DNA of 64,000 bases, from positions 38,130,001 through 38,194,000 of the forward strand of contig CM060732.1 of assembly GCA_030704615.1 (NCBI GenBank). The letters run 5' to 3'. The notes below the pieces were generated by a model. It made no database searches. It was not told the DNA's origin and saw nothing but the letters and a program-made list of their open reading frames with translations. Positions 14,051 through 27,779 of the stretch are shown one piece after another. Numbering within the stretch: position 1 is the stretch's first letter; every line of letters begins with the position of its first letter. The DNA is from Takakia lepidozioides. Its lineage: Eukaryota; Plantae; Bryophyta. The translations under genes and the position numbers were made by a program.

Positions 14051-15209
14051 TAATTAGGCTAAGTTCTATTTTCACAGACAACATTCTACAAATGACTCGG
14101 TGCAAATACAAGAGCTTTGGTTTTATTCAATGATGATATGGTCATTATACACTCTCGTCTCTCTTCCCACACAGAAGTTGTTTTAGCCTGTAAAATTTGA
14201 TCGTGAAAATCTTGTGTTGATCATCGTGCTTAGGCTGTAAAATCCAATTCAAGCTAGTTGCTAGATTCAATGGATTGTCTTCTGTCTTCCTAGTGATCTC
14301 CAACAACCCTCATTGGATTTCTTGATCACTATCTGCAACTACCGCAGGGATTGTCTATAATTGTCAATTGGTGTCCAGTCTGTACTAGAATTAGCCTCAC
14401 TAGTTATTTCTTTCATAATTAGTCGATGTTTAAGTATCCAATATGTGTCTCTTACTATATAAAAATTGTTCGATCGATCTAGATGGATTATTCTTCAGGC
14501 ATAACACCGATTGTGAGGAGACGTTTGGAGTTACTCGAACGCCTTGATAGTGGAGACCTCCAGGTGTACATCTTGACGAAATTGGGAGAATAACAACAAT
14601 ACAAGTGTTGGAGCATCGATTGCACAATAAGAACCTTGATTGTAGAGTTGGGAAAACAACAATTTCCCCATCTCCAAAATGAAGACCTTCAAACTGCAGA
14701 AATCATGCTTCAAGTTTGTCTTGGTTTTATGGACAAACTAATTCTCCGCACTTACAAGACTATTATAAACCGATGGTACGTCGGAAAGGGAGATAATTGT
14801 ATTGAGTACGGTGTCAATCTCTCTTTAAAAGAGGATTTTATTAAAGAAATAATGGATCTAATACCACTATCAAACGTAGAAATTATCGTGGATCCATCAC
14901 CATCCCCAGTAACCACATACAAGGGTTATATTGAAACCCGCTAAAAAAGATGAGGCACGCTGCCTAATTGAAAGTTTATCAACTAGCTAGGCTTGCTTGC
15001 AGTCCTTCCAAGTATAAAAGTTTTTTTTTTCTCATATATATCATGACTATGATTCGGATTCTCTCTCTTCAGCATTATTTGTTGAGATAATTTGGATGTC
15101 GCTCTTTAGCAAATTATTTGTTGACATAATTTGAATGCATCATCAGAAGCTTCTCACTGAGTTGATTTGAGTGGAGACATGGTTGATATTTTCAGTTCCA
15201 AAGTTGTAA

Positions 15210-15900
15210 ATCTAGACATGACGTGGCACTGGTACGTCAGCGTTACGTCCATCGTATCACATCCACACCGGATGTTACTATGTGTAATTAGTTTTTATTT
15301 TTTAATCTTTACGATTGATTATTATCATGGATACCGAGGTGGTGGTCAAAGTGGACTGACCACGTAGATAAAATTTTATTATTATAAAAAAATAAAAAAC
15401 AAGTATATATAGGTCCGCCAATATTGGCAGTTACAGAATTTCAATATTTTTTAATACATACAAACGTCAATATTGACGGTCGCATGCATTAAAAAAATAG
15501 AAAAGCATGCGACCGCCAATATTAGCAGTTCCATGTATATAAAGAAAAATTAATCCGTTTTATTTCTATTTTTAAATATCATTAAAAAAACATGCGATCG
15601 CCAATATTGGCGATCGTAGACATTTTTAGAAAGAGAAAAAACATTGTGATTGCCAATATTGGCGGTCGCAGGCATTTCTGAAAAAGAAAAAATATAGAAA
15701 ATAAAATATGTTTTTTTATTAATTTATTAAATACGTGCGACCGCCAATTTTGGTGGTCGCATGTATTTATAAATAAATAAAATATTACGACCGTCAATAT
15801 TAGTAGTGGCATGCATTTGTTTTTTTTCACTTTTTTATCTTTATCTTTTTTACTCATGTATCCGCAAAACGTGACGTGACGGAGGACGGGTGAAACGATG
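15210..15900. mobile_element. Second, shorter copy of the same palindromic-repeat element
   Basis: Shares TAATTAGTTTTTATTTTT...TGGATACCGAGGT and the CCAATATTGG repeats with 12510-14050. Confidence 0.6.
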
Positions 15901-16339
15901 TTAACAATGTCAAAATTGTCGATAGCAGTTATTCAGATAACATAGCTGATAATTTTGTTAGGTTTTTATTTTACATCACTGTATGAATTCCATTAACTAC
16001 ATTGTGTTGGTCATTCGCAGTTTGTTGGTATATTTCATTTGCTCGATTGGGATTTTGATCAGTTCCAACAAAAAATTTGGTAGCAAAGTTCCACATTGAG
16101 TGCAAATCTTCCCAAAGATAATCTTAGTCCAAGTACACAAAACCATAACAAACTTCAACTTGTAGCTGCAAATAAACCAGTTAGTCCTAACAAACGATCT
16201 GCTTTTTTGAACGTATTAATGTATATAAATAACAACAAAGATGTTAGGTGCTATGAATATTGTGTTTGTGGAGCCCACATAACGGGCAATAACACTCTCT
16301 CATCCCTCTCAGCTTCTGTTTGCTGTCCAAAGGTAGGCT

Positions 16340-17200
16340 TCCTCACCAAAGTTTGAATTTCAGTCTGGTGCACACAGTGGGTAGACCCTTCAGGTCATCC
16401 AAGATGTCCTCCTCCATGTCACAATCTGGAAACAGGTTCAGGGATGTTTTCTGCCTAACTTCTTTTTCATTACACAATTTTGTGGCAGCACACATGGCTT
16501 TGGACACTGCAGTCTCTAAGTGACATGGTTCCAGCAGGGTCAAGACTTGCCGGTCCACATTCAGATCCTTGAGAGTCTCTTCTAGTCTCTTCTGCCAGAA
16601 CTTGGCCTGTTTGGCTGTGCGGTCCTGTTTCCAAGATATAAAGTCGATTAACTTACGATATCTGGTGTAAAGACATGTGTTGCAACAAACTCCACCATCT
16701 CACCTTGAATTCATAGTGGCACACATGCTTCTTCTAGTGTCATGTGCGTCAAATTCTCATCTCTATCTCCACCTCCTTCCACGCCTTCCCCCACCTGAAT
16801 GCCTTCATTTCCTGCGTCATCACCATTCCTAGTTGTCGCAGTGCCGTCCCCCTCTTCATCATCGTCCATGATGTGGAATGCTTCCTGCAACATTCGAGTA
16901 ATCTCCACCCCTCCGTCCATGCCTGGTTCATGTCCTGCACCCATGACATAGTCCTGGTCTGGTCTGTCTGTATGGCTCCCCCGGGGGTGTGCATTGTCCA
17001 ATTGTGCCCACTCCTCATCGTCGGAGTCTGCAGGTCCATCTCCAATCCACACCCGAAATGCTTTATGTCTTTTGTGGTGAAGGAGATGTGTGCGCACACC
17101 GTCCTCAGATCTATTGTAGTGCCCAAACAACGTTCACATGGGCATGGCATTATTGAAAGCCCAAGAGCTCGGGCACGTGCCACTTCTCTTTCCCACAACC
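16340..17200 (-). pseudogene. CACTA transposase N-terminal (transposase-associated domain) remnant fused to downstream TE coding debris
   Basis: Frameshift-joined IMPCPCERC/FGHYNRSEDGVRTHLLHHKRHKAFRVWIGDGPADSDDEEW matches the CPCxxC...VxxHL...W pattern of En/Spm transposases, followed by an acidic linker. Confidence 0.65.
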
Positions 17201-19148
17201 TGTCATCCCGGGTGTTCTGTCTACAGGGGTGATTAATTGGAAGTCCTCCGCATGGGCGAGGGGAAGTCATTTTTGTTGGGGAGCCTCTGCAATGCAGTTT
17301 GTGCACGTCGTTGCAGGGGGCCGGATTCTCCTCTGCGGAGACTCCTCAATTTGGCTCTGTCACTCCCATTTCACTACCGTCAATTCCCTCCTCCCGCAAT
17401 CTCAATTTGAAAGGTTCAGCCGCACATCCTTTGGCAGAGAAGACAGTTGACATTTTATTTCAGATTCAGATTCCAGAACATGATGGAAAGTTACACTCAA
17501 CAGCAAACCATTTAAAAGCCATCAAGATGCTTCCCATCATAACTGGAATCTTTTTAACAAGACACTGAGAGAAATGACCAAAATCGACTCTTACAACGAC
17601 ATCCTCGAAAACCACCTGCCTCTACAGTTCGTGTGTGTGTGAGGAATTGGAGGACGTACGTGGAATTTCAATTTTCACGATTCAAGACGTCGTGATCTTG
17701 GGCATATGGTCGAATGTGTATCAAATGTGTGCATTGAAGTGTGAACAACCCGACTACAAGGCCAGAACCTGCACCACTTGTCTCAGGCCATGCGCAGTGA
17801 ACTCCAGTCATCGCCAGTCATCGCACAATTTCCGCCTGCATCGATTCCTCTCTCAAAATCGCATTACGATCAAAAGTTTGTAGCAGGGGGTAGTTTTCCC
17901 CATGCCACCCTCAGCGGAAGAGCGAGACGGATTGAGGAATCATGTATTGGAAGGTCGAATTCCATCACGCATTCGGCCGCGCTCTCCAAATCACGTTTCG
18001 GCGGACAATCCTGTTCCGTTGCCTTGAAATTGCACCGTGGCGGGAAGGGAGTCCATTTGTGTGGCTCTATTACCATGGCGAGAAGGGGAGCATGTAAAGA
18101 ATGGAGCATCGCCCTACCACTTCACTCATTTGCAGTTTGCAGCTTCTTCCACCATCTTTCTTACTTAATTGTGATTCTTGCAATGCTACCCTTGAGACGG
18201 CAACTGCAAGTGACCGGATCCTTTGATCGTCGCTTTCAAAGACACTTACGTATAGCAGATCGCAGACCCCCAAATGCCTAGAGAGAAAGCCAGAGAGCAG
18301 TCAATGCATGCACGGTTGTTTTGCACTGGTTGGGACGGAGTGGGGTGCAGAGGAGGCGTGTTGTGCCGGAGTTCACATGCCTAGCATCCTGCAACCGGCG
18401 GCTTTTGCGAGTTGGGCGGCAGTACCTCTGCTGTATGACTACCATTTGTGGTACAGACTCACCGGCCTCCCCTGTCCATTTGGGTCTTTGGGACAGTGAC
18501 TTATAGAGTACGTAGACAGAGTTGCACGTCGCGCAGGTACACCAAAATCTCCCATGCAATTCTCCTTTCATTTCCCATTCATGCTTGCATGTGATCCACG
18601 GGGTAATTTCCATGTTCTCCCAGCTGATGTGGGTTCGCAAATTCTCGGTGTGCAGGTGTGTGTGTGAGGACCTCAACCTGGCATGGTGCGATGGATGTCG
18701 AATGGACCCTTCTCTGCGATGGGAGAACCACTACAGTTGAGTTTGATTTTGCTGAATTATTTGGGAGAGCACTGTGTTCACTTCTCTCTGATTATACGCA
18801 TTTTCTCCAAGAATGCATGTAAAGCGGAGCCATACACGACATCGTTGCAGTGTGTTTCCTTCGCCCAATTTTGAACGAAATAAAGTTAACGGATCCATGT
18901 CAGTTGTGTGAATCACTACATCTAGTTGTCTGGAGGATTGTAAGTGGTTATTTTGAAACGTCTCAAAGTCAAAAAAGCCATAGTGTCGGATGCACGACAC
19001 GTGTTCCTATTTGAAATCAACAACGGCCGGATCTTCACCCAAGTTTTGGGGGGGGGGGGGGGGGGGGGGGGTCACACTCCCCCTCCTTCTCCTTCTTTCC
19101 TCCTTTGCATGTCTTGGTCTTCCTCGCTCGTCTTTGTCTTTCATGGTC

Positions 19149-20130
19149 TATGTCCACGCCTAGTAAAAAGCGCTCGACCGCCGAGGCAGCATCGCCTCCT
19201 CCCACTTCTGCACATTCCAGCCCCGCGGTGCGAAGGAGCCCCCGCTTGGCTCGACTGAATCCACTGAAGATGGCCTCGGTGCGAGAGGGAAGGCGGCACG
19301 GTGGGCGGTCTTCGAGCTCGGATTCTGATACAAGCGAGTACAGCATGGATGACGACGACGATGTGGAGGATAGTTTGGCGGAAACTGCACCTCCATCTAC
19401 AGAGTCTCTCCAGAAGATGCGCAAATGGCACAAACCCGCTGCGCATGGGGTGAGTTCTACCCCTACTCGTGTTCATGTTTTCTGGGCGTTGAGTTCTCCT
19501 CAAACTGAAACTGGGATGCACATATCCATAAAGTTGTTCAAACAGGAAGGGCAAAGCGCTGAGTCTCACTGAATTGTTCCACTGCAGATGGATTAACTTT
19601 GAGGTCAAGAAACCTTGTTTTCTCTTGTCATTGGACTTGCCTTGGAGTACGTATTTGCTATATCATGGGTTTATAACTCCAACCAGGATAGGTCTGCAGA
19701 ATCCTTCCAAGTGGGGGTACTTAAGGAGTGGATGTTCGCATGCTCCAAAACAGCCAATGTGGCTGTTCCGGGTGGGTGCGGCATCCCGTCCTTAAGCTCT
19801 TGCAGAGATTAATTGAAGGTGAGATGGTGTTGTTTGTTGCAACACATGTCTTCACACCAGATATCGTAAGTTAATCGACTCTATATCTTGGAAACAGGAC
19901 CGTCCAGCCAACCAGCCAAGTCCATATTAATTCGAGAAAAGAGCAATATTTGTCTTGGCTAAGCAGCTGAAGGATTTGACATTACGATGCCAACTCCAAA
20001 TGTCATCTTCCAGGCATACATCAGGAAGTGGAAGGGGTTTACTTGGAAGCATTGCTTCTTCAGGGAATTTGTCAAAGAGGGTAGATTCAACAAATCGAAT
20101 AACTTTGAGAGCCATTACTAGGACCACTTC
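19149..20130 (+). pseudogene. Spliced ORF remnant of unknown, probably TE-associated, function
   Basis: MSTPSKKR...RRSPRLARL...acidic tract, then a GTGAGT donor (~19449) and CTGCAG acceptor (~19586). Later frames are broken. Confidence 0.3.
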
Positions 20131-20343
20131 GCTATGCAAAAGGTTTTTTTTTTTTTGGCATTTACGTAGTTGTCGTCATGATCGTCAACGGTCATCACTT
20201 CTGCTCTAATTTCTGAGCAATCATTTTTTTTTTAAAAATTTGTTTTTGGGCGTTTGGATAGATGTCGTGATGATCGTTGACGATCATCATTTCTGCTCTA
20301 ATTTCTGAGTTTTTTTTTTTTTGGGTAGATGTCGTGATGATTG

Positions 20344-21180
20344 TCGACGATCATCAATTTTATAAGTTTATTTATTTATTTATTTATTGTGTTTGGATAG
20401 ATGTCGAGATCTTCGACGATCAAGACTTTTGCTCTAATTTCTTGTAGCGGAGTGAGTTGATGTTGCGAGTTGCTACAAGATCGGGGGATCCGAGTAAAAT
20501 AATTAAGGCGGTGGACGTGTGTCCCGTTCGAAACCCTCTTGTGTCTAGAGTTCCGCACCTTGAAGGCGATGAGATATTTGGCTCTTATAAGCGCACATTA
20601 GACACTCATCCTGAATAGCTGGGGAAATCGGAGCGCACTTCTGCCTTGACTCCCTTGACTTCGATCACGGGGTCAACTGGAGGCATCCCAAGGGAAGCAT
20701 TCAGTGAAGCTCAAGTTCGACAATTAAGTGGGGTCTGCTTCATAAGTAGCAGCTCCGCTCTCGACGATCATCAATTTTATAAGTTTATTTATTTATTTAT
20801 TTATTGTGTTTGGATAGATGTCGAGATCTTCGACGATCAAGACTTTTGCTCTAATTTCTTGTAGCGGAGTGAGTTGATGTTGCGAGTTGCTACAAGATCG
20901 GGGGATCCGAGTAAAATAATTAAGGCGGTGGACGTGTGTCCCGTTCGAACCCCTCTTGTGTCTAGAGTTCCGCACCTTGAAGGCGATGAGATATTTGGCT
21001 CTTATAAGCGCACATTAGACACTCATCCTGAATAGCTGGGGAAATCGGAGCGCACTTCTGCCTTGACTCCCTTGACTTCGATCACGGTGTCAACTGGAGG
21101 CATCCCCAAGGGAAGCATTCAGTGAAGCTCAAGTTCGACAATTAAGTGGGGTCTGCTTCATAAGTAGCAGCTCCGCTCTC
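20344..21180. repeat. Recent 417-bp tandem duplication, preceded by ~60-70-bp GATGTCGTGATGATCG units
   Basis: Near-identical copies offset by 417 nt. The duplicated ORFs 20376-20558 and 20793-20975 differ by one residue. Confidence 0.95.
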
Positions 21181-21524
21181 AAGGCAACTCTGAGGGCTAG
21201 GGGTAGGCTAGCGGTTATGTTAAAAGGTCCCTTTCATCTTGCTGCATACGACGGTTTTTGCATTCATACATCTTGCACCATTACTTGGTAGGGGGATTGG
21301 TTGATAATGGTCGCCCATCCACCCTTCCGAAGCCTCTATTGGCTTATCTTGTCTCTCCGATTAATTTCCAGGCTCTCACTGTTATGATGGTCTCTCTAGC
21401 TTGTGTTTGGGATCGTCTCTTATCCTCCGGATGTGTTTTATGTCTTATGGTATCATTGGCGTGTTATTTTTTCCTCTAATAAACTAAATGGCTGAATGCC
21501 CTTGATTTTAATTTTTTAATTTTT

Positions 21525-23470
21525 AAATATCAAGCATCCACAGTGCAAGATTCTTGGATGTTCAAACCTAAAATGGATAGTTTAGACATATTGGGTAGTA
21601 ATTTTTGGCAAGACAAAATTTTAGGTTATGAATTGAAACAAGTAACTGACACACGATTCATTTAGATTCTCAACAGGTTTTTACTTGTCGAACAAACAAA
21701 CGACGACATAATCATCATCAATGAACTTTGCTATAAAAATCCCTCATCCGACCGTACATTCCCCCATCTATTTTTCAAAAATGAATCTACTCGAGCCCCA
21801 CGACAATATAAAATATTTGAAAAAATAAATAGTCAAGTTTATTTGATCAAAACAATGATATAAGACATGATACATACCCATCCCATTTTTCTTTGTCTGT
21901 CGAACTAAACAAAATCGCAGGTCTATATACAGAAATACAGGTGAAATCTAATATGCTAGTAGAATTATGCACTGGAAACTATGCCACATATGATGGGTTC
22001 GTAAATGGAGCAAATGGTATATTTAAATGTGCTATGACAACGTGTACACAATCTGTAGTCTAGATTCAATTCAATAACACATGTGTATGACAACACATAA
22101 GAACCACAAATTCTTCAATTATAACGTTACATTCCCAGAAGTAATGTCAACTTGGACCCCAATTGTAGTCAAAAGCCAAAGAAATATAAGTAGGAGGGAA
22201 TTTCGATCATTGAATTACACGTATCCAATTCCCTATCCAACTTCGAACAACTTGAACTATACATCGTGCTTAAGGATTGACCATTGATCGATTAATTTTT
22301 TTTATCCAAAAGGTATTACAAGACATGGTCTAACTTACACAATTTTATCTAGAATAAGGGAAAATAACACATATATCTTTTGAACCTACTCGAACCAAAA
22401 AAATTCAATGGTGATAAGTTAGTTGCCGAAGAAATGAGACAACTTACAACAATGGCACAATATAAATCGTCAATACCTATCATATTTGCAATATCCTATT
22501 TTGGTCGTGCAAACTGTGTTGAATACTCGTTCGTTAAACCAATACCATTATGATATTACCGTAGAGGTCGCTCTATTCCGACTTTAATTAATTCATTTTA
22601 AGAGATGATGAATATTTAAAATTTTGCCCTGGGAGTAGATGAATAATTTTCATTTTAAAAAGTGAACTTTGGAAATAATAATAATAATAATAATAATAAT
22701 GATAATAAAAAATATTACAGTAGTGAATGCTAGTACTAACTATTTACTAGCTACTAACTACTTACTAATCAAATTTAATGAAAAGTACCCATGGTGCCGA
22801 ATTCCAGAAAAATTGGATGAAGCTTAGATGAAATAATTAATATTGTCATTCAGCCTGCCGAATCTGGCGACCTGCATGTATTTAATGATTCCGGCAGGGG
22901 TCCGTTGAAATAAAGCGGCCTTTACGGTATATCCGATCGAAATCTTCAAGCTTCACATAGCTTGATGCTTGAATGAAACACAACTATCGCCATCTAATTT
23001 AATTTGGAACACTTTAATTGATCACACCAATTTTTTATTTTAATAGCATGTCATCATGTCATGGCAACTGCCATTTTATATGACACTCAATCTATTCTCT
23101 CACAACATGAATCACACACATATGATGGCGCCGAATTCATTTCCGCAACCTTCAATTTAAATTCATAAAGAGCATTAAATGTAATTGCAATTTATAAACC
23201 TCCCAAAATGTCATTACAAACCTTTTATTACATTTGGAAGATATGTACAATAAAACACGGCAATATTGCCCAACCATATTTATTGAGGATTTCGTTACAA
23301 AAGACTTCTCAATCTATCATACTTCAAAAGTACATGGAATCCCGTTAATTTCAAATAACGTGCAAGGAGAGTACTACAAACTATGAATTTCAACTTGACC
23401 GTATATGGATAAATGTGCCACCCTAGCCATGTAAATCCAATACGACCGAAGTATATTGGATCTTGCTTTC
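21525..23470 (+). mobile_element. Decayed Helentron/Helitron2-like C-terminus: PIF1 helicase followed by AP endonuclease
   Basis: PIF1 motifs: YQASTVQDSWMF, ELKQV..FI*ILNRF, LFFKNE, LCTGNYATYDGFVNGANGIF, RIQFPIQL..*TIHRA*GLTIDR, HGLTYTILSRIR. APE motifs follow: LNTRSL, LNET, IAIYKPP, IEDF, TTNYEFQLDRIWIN, YW. Many stops. Confidence 0.8.
22559..22927. mobile_element. Tc1/mariner-pogo-type MITE with TA TSD, inserted in the Helentron endonuclease
   Basis: TIRs CCGTAGAGGTCGCTCTATT / AATAAAGCGGCCTTTACGG flanked by TA. Removal restores ...HYDIISDRNLQASH.... Contains a (TAA)n tract. Confidence 0.8.
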
Positions 23471-23904
23471 AAACTTCCCAACCATGTTAGTCGCTTTATT
23501 CATCCAACAAAAGATTAATCCACTCCAACATTATAGCTATCGTTTTTTTACCGTTAAAATAATTATGCACATTATTTTATCAATAATAAAAAATATATCA
23601 ATTTATCCTTCTTCTAACCCTTTTCACAAAATATTTCTCCCATACATTAAAATCGATACAGACTTATAAAAAATCATCAATATGAATAATGAATATCCCA
23701 TTATTCATGATCTTACAAGTCTTATTGCTTAAACCAGTAAGGTATAATATACAAATTATAAATTTTATGTTTTATCTGTGTAAATGGCAGGGCCTAAGTG
23801 TATGTCACACCTTGTTTTTTCATGTTCCAATTGGGCAGTCATTCCCATGTAATTGGGCAGGAGAAAATAAAATTTTAAATTCTGTAAGTCAAATGTAAAT
23901 TTTT

Positions 23905-25967
23905 TTTGGCATTAGTTGGTGGTTGTGCCACATTCATGTAGACGGGTCACGGAGGCCGCCATCGTGGCGGAGACGGTCACAAAGCCCGTCGCTGGTAGAG
24001 TAACATCATTCGTGGATTAGTTGGATTTGCGATAGTCTTCTTGCCAACAGCAGCTATGCCCTCCTTCACTCCACTGGCTACGGCTTCCCGAATGACTTGA
24101 GCCAAATCTCTTGCTTTCATGGTTATAATTTCTTCTGGCGCCATAGAGTTCCATTGTGTTTTCTGTCACTGAGTCTCAACCACGACTTGTGTATGGCTTA
24201 CCGCTTCTTCCATCGTTGTTGGAGATATATTACTCCTATTTTTAGAGATTGTATCCCACTGGAGTAACGAGCTACCAGAGCCGAAAGTCAGTTGGCTCAT
24301 AAACCACATATCCTAAAGCTCAAAATCTGCTGCGATACCAAAATGTTATGTTCCTCTGTCCAATTTCTTGCTTTCACGATCTGCCCTTCCTATCCAGTCG
24401 AGCTGAATTTTCACTTCAATGTAAGGTTGTTTTATTTCTGACTTGCGGAAATGTAACGTTCGTTCGTTTTTTTCCTGCTTTCTATCACCTTCCCCGCACA
24501 CTGTCTCTATTCACATCGTTGGTCTGTGACTCTGGATTTATAACTTCAGTCCCCTGCCAACATTTCCATCGTGACTAGACTAGAAAAGGGATCCAATCCC
24601 TGGCAAACATGCGCGATTTCACATATCGCAGTTCATGACGGTCATGATGGTGTCATTGGCTCTTATTCCAACGCAGCTAGTTGCAAAATAGTACTTTATA
24701 TGCAATTTTCTCGAGTTCCAGAAACCAAAAGTCTCAACTAGAGCTAGCACAAACCTTCTAGCAATTGCACATAGTACTGGAATTCATCCAGTCCTCCCAG
24801 CCACCATGCACATCTCGTTTCTGTATCCATTTTTGTTCTCCGCTCATGGGCACTTTCTCGATGCCCGTTCTGTCACAACACACAACTAGTACTACAAGTG
24901 CTTCATGCCGAGAAAGAGCGAGAGAGAATTCCCTAATGTTCTGTTCTATACATGTTTTCTATCTTTTCACATGTGGCCATCATCTTGGTCACTTGAAATC
25001 AGCCACCTCCTGCTACTTCACGAACAGATCCGTCTTCTTTCTGGACACCTGTTACACACAGGCTGAACACTTCAATGCTTCGCCAAACCTATCATAAGTT
25101 TTAAGTATCCAGAATCGTTATATTATGTGTTACGTAATGCACTGTGCTCGGTGGCAATTGAGTGATAGACAGAGGATACCCTGCTACTTGCTGCATCCCT
25201 CTACCTTTCCATCCTTGGGAGAATGTGAACACATGAAAATGCTAATAGGTCAGAATTTCTGCATATTGGCGCATTATGCAAGTAGTGTATGCTTCACATG
25301 GGCCCACTACAACAGATTCCGGCTTTTACGTCTACTATTTTCCAGTCGTATCAGCATTTTATGGCTGCATGACTGCCCAGTCAGATAAACCCAGTCAGTT
25401 GTGACAAATGAGTCGTAAGCGCCATACAGTCGTATCTGCCAGTTGTGGAGCTCACTGTTGACGTGGCAACGGGGACGCCTAATCATAGTCATTGATAAGA
25501 CCGTAGTAAATGACTGCGAATCCATGTCAGCTTCACGTGGAACGGAAAGGATATGCCACGTGTCACGTCAAAGGGAAGGCGACAGGTCTTCACGACTGGC
25601 ATATACGACTTCCACGGATTAACCCCAGGACAACACGTGGAGAATACTGGCATGACAGGGTGACTTCCGCAGATTAACCCCATGACAACATGTAGATTAG
25701 ACTGGACATGACATGTGGCATGACAATATGGAGCGGGAGGGTCTTTCGTGTCTGGCATATATGACTTCGGACGTTTAATCCCAGGTCCACACGTGGAGTC
25801 AAATTATGCAGGATGGGGGTGGGGTGGTCGTTATGACTGGAACATATGACTTCCATGGCGCACTCTGGATACTGCACGTGGCACAAGTATGGGCGAACAC
25901 GAGGGGTGAAAGTGGCACGTGGCGGAGGCTCTGTGGATGGGAGGTAATCGTGTACATGACCGTAGCA
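23905..25967 (-). mobile_element. Truncated LTR retrotransposon: 5-prime LTR (24344-25967), tRNA-Met-like PBS (24329-24340), start of gag-like ORF
   Basis: LTR bounded by TGTTATG...CGTAGCA. The minus strand reads ...AACATTTTGGTATCGCAGC (PBS resembling TGGTATCAGAGC), then MAPEEIITMKARDLAQVIREAVASG.... The LTR has internal GACTTCC..ATTAACCCCA repeats. Confidence 0.6.
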
Positions 25968-27189
25968 TTGAAATACGAAAGCACCATTGAAAGCATACAA
26001 AAACACCATTGAAACATGAAAGCACATTTGAAATTGGAACATCAATTCAAATACAAGGTGACTTAATGTTAAGAGATCCGTTCCATAATCTAATCCGGTG
26101 CTGCTACAAAAATGCACAAAACTGCAAAGTCTAAGTAGACTTCCAAATGCCTGAGCAGAAGATACATGAGCAAGCTTTGAGGCAATATAACAACAGCTTC
26201 ATTGACATATGTGAAACAAACTAACATTGCTAAGAATATGTCTAAGCACCATTACACAAACTCGATGTGTGCAAAATGGAAAATTGCAGGTAGGGAACAG
26301 TAGCATGAAATTCTTCACTGAACTGCAGCTAACACCAGCAAATGCCAGTACTGTTGGATGAGAGCTCACTACACTTAATTCATGTTAGCCCTCTCTTGCC
26401 CCAAACTGTCTAACTGCCCATTCTTATGGCACTTACACAGATTCTCTCTCAAGTATCATGAAGCTTTTATCAATAAGGAAGCCCCGAGTTACCCTGTACA
26501 TTTGAGAACTTAAAGTACTTAGCAGCACAACAAACACAACTGCTGGCTGATCAGAGAAAATGTTCCGCGTAAGGGGCATTGGCTCCCAATATAATCACCA
26601 GGGATTACAGGAACGCTATTTCTAATATCATGTAGCTATGGAGGAGGGATGAGAGAAAGATGAACAACGGAGGTCGTGATGCTTACTGTGCGTCTTCCTT
26701 CGAAGCAAAGGCTGAATGGTTGTACTTTACGTATGGAAATGACGCCACGACTAATGGCTCCATTCCCCGCAAGCTTCGATCAACCTAAAATGAAAACAGG
26801 CGTGACAAAGCCCAAGTTCATGCTGGTGCTTTCGGTGAATTGATCCAATGACTTGCCTAGACTTTCAAGTGAACCAATTTTAGTCCTCCCATCAGACTAC
26901 ATCCAACCTCCCACATTTCAAAACACCATGGCATATATATAGATGACGGGATCTAGCACTTTGTAGACGCTCACTGTTGGTTACAAGTACTGCGACTCTT
27001 TAGGCGCGAGACTGCCCAACTGCATTGTCCCAACCACCCAAGCTGCCATCCATCCCACTGCCACTTTGACTTGCTCACTCTTGTCTATTGCTCATCGTCG
27101 AGCTTCACCCCTTCCCCCATCATTTGCTTTCAGGTCTCCAAAGCCTCATCCCGCGCTCCTACTCTGCACACCCTGCAAGCATCGCGTTC

Positions 27190-27415
27190 CACGACACCAC
27201 TTCTCGTTCAGCCATAGTGTTGAACACTACCTTGCATCCTCAATGCACCCACATTTGGCATACATGTCCACCAGGACAGGGTTCAGAATGACATCTAGTA
27301 CAAATCCAGCTTTGACGATGTCACCATGGACCTCTTTCCCCTTTTCTAGAGCTCCTTGCCTTGCACACGCATTGAAAACACAAACAAACGTGATGTGGTT
27401 GGGTTTCACCCTTCG
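27190..27415 (-). pseudogene. PLS-PPR fragment (L+S motifs)
   Basis: VKPNHITFVCVFNACARQGALEKGKEVHGDIVKAG...LVDMYAKCGCIEDAR* - paralogous to the intact PPR at 52 kb, with a premature stop. Confidence 0.85.
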
Positions 27416-27779
27416 CACAGCAGTTGCTCACCAAACTGATTTAATGTAAACTCAGGGCAGGGATCCTACCTTTGAATAACATACAGAAGCAGAGAGGAAA
27501 TGGAGAGTAATTGCACCCAACTCAACTAATCACACTAGTTCCTATGGTCAATTGCATCTGCTACTCTCCGTAATCTGACAGGCATCACTTTTTTGCCTCG
27601 GTTGTCTCACCATTTACTGGGGTCAGCAGAGTATTCATCCCACAGTTTCTCCTCATATCTGTTACCTATTTTTGGATACTTTCCTGTTGTCACATTGGCA
27701 GTATCATGTCAGAGTCATTCCAAACAAGATTCACTCAACCAGCTAACTTGCAGAATTCAACATGGAAATTTAGGGCCAA

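Noticed and set aside
14636-14944. 102-aa ORF
   Set aside because: No ATG-supported gene structure or recognisable domain, and it lies between repeats.
12700-15800. CRISPR-like array of palindromic CCAATATTGG repeats
   Set aside because: Eukaryotic context, degenerate repeats, irregular AT-rich spacing and no cas genes. These are typical TE subterminal repeats.
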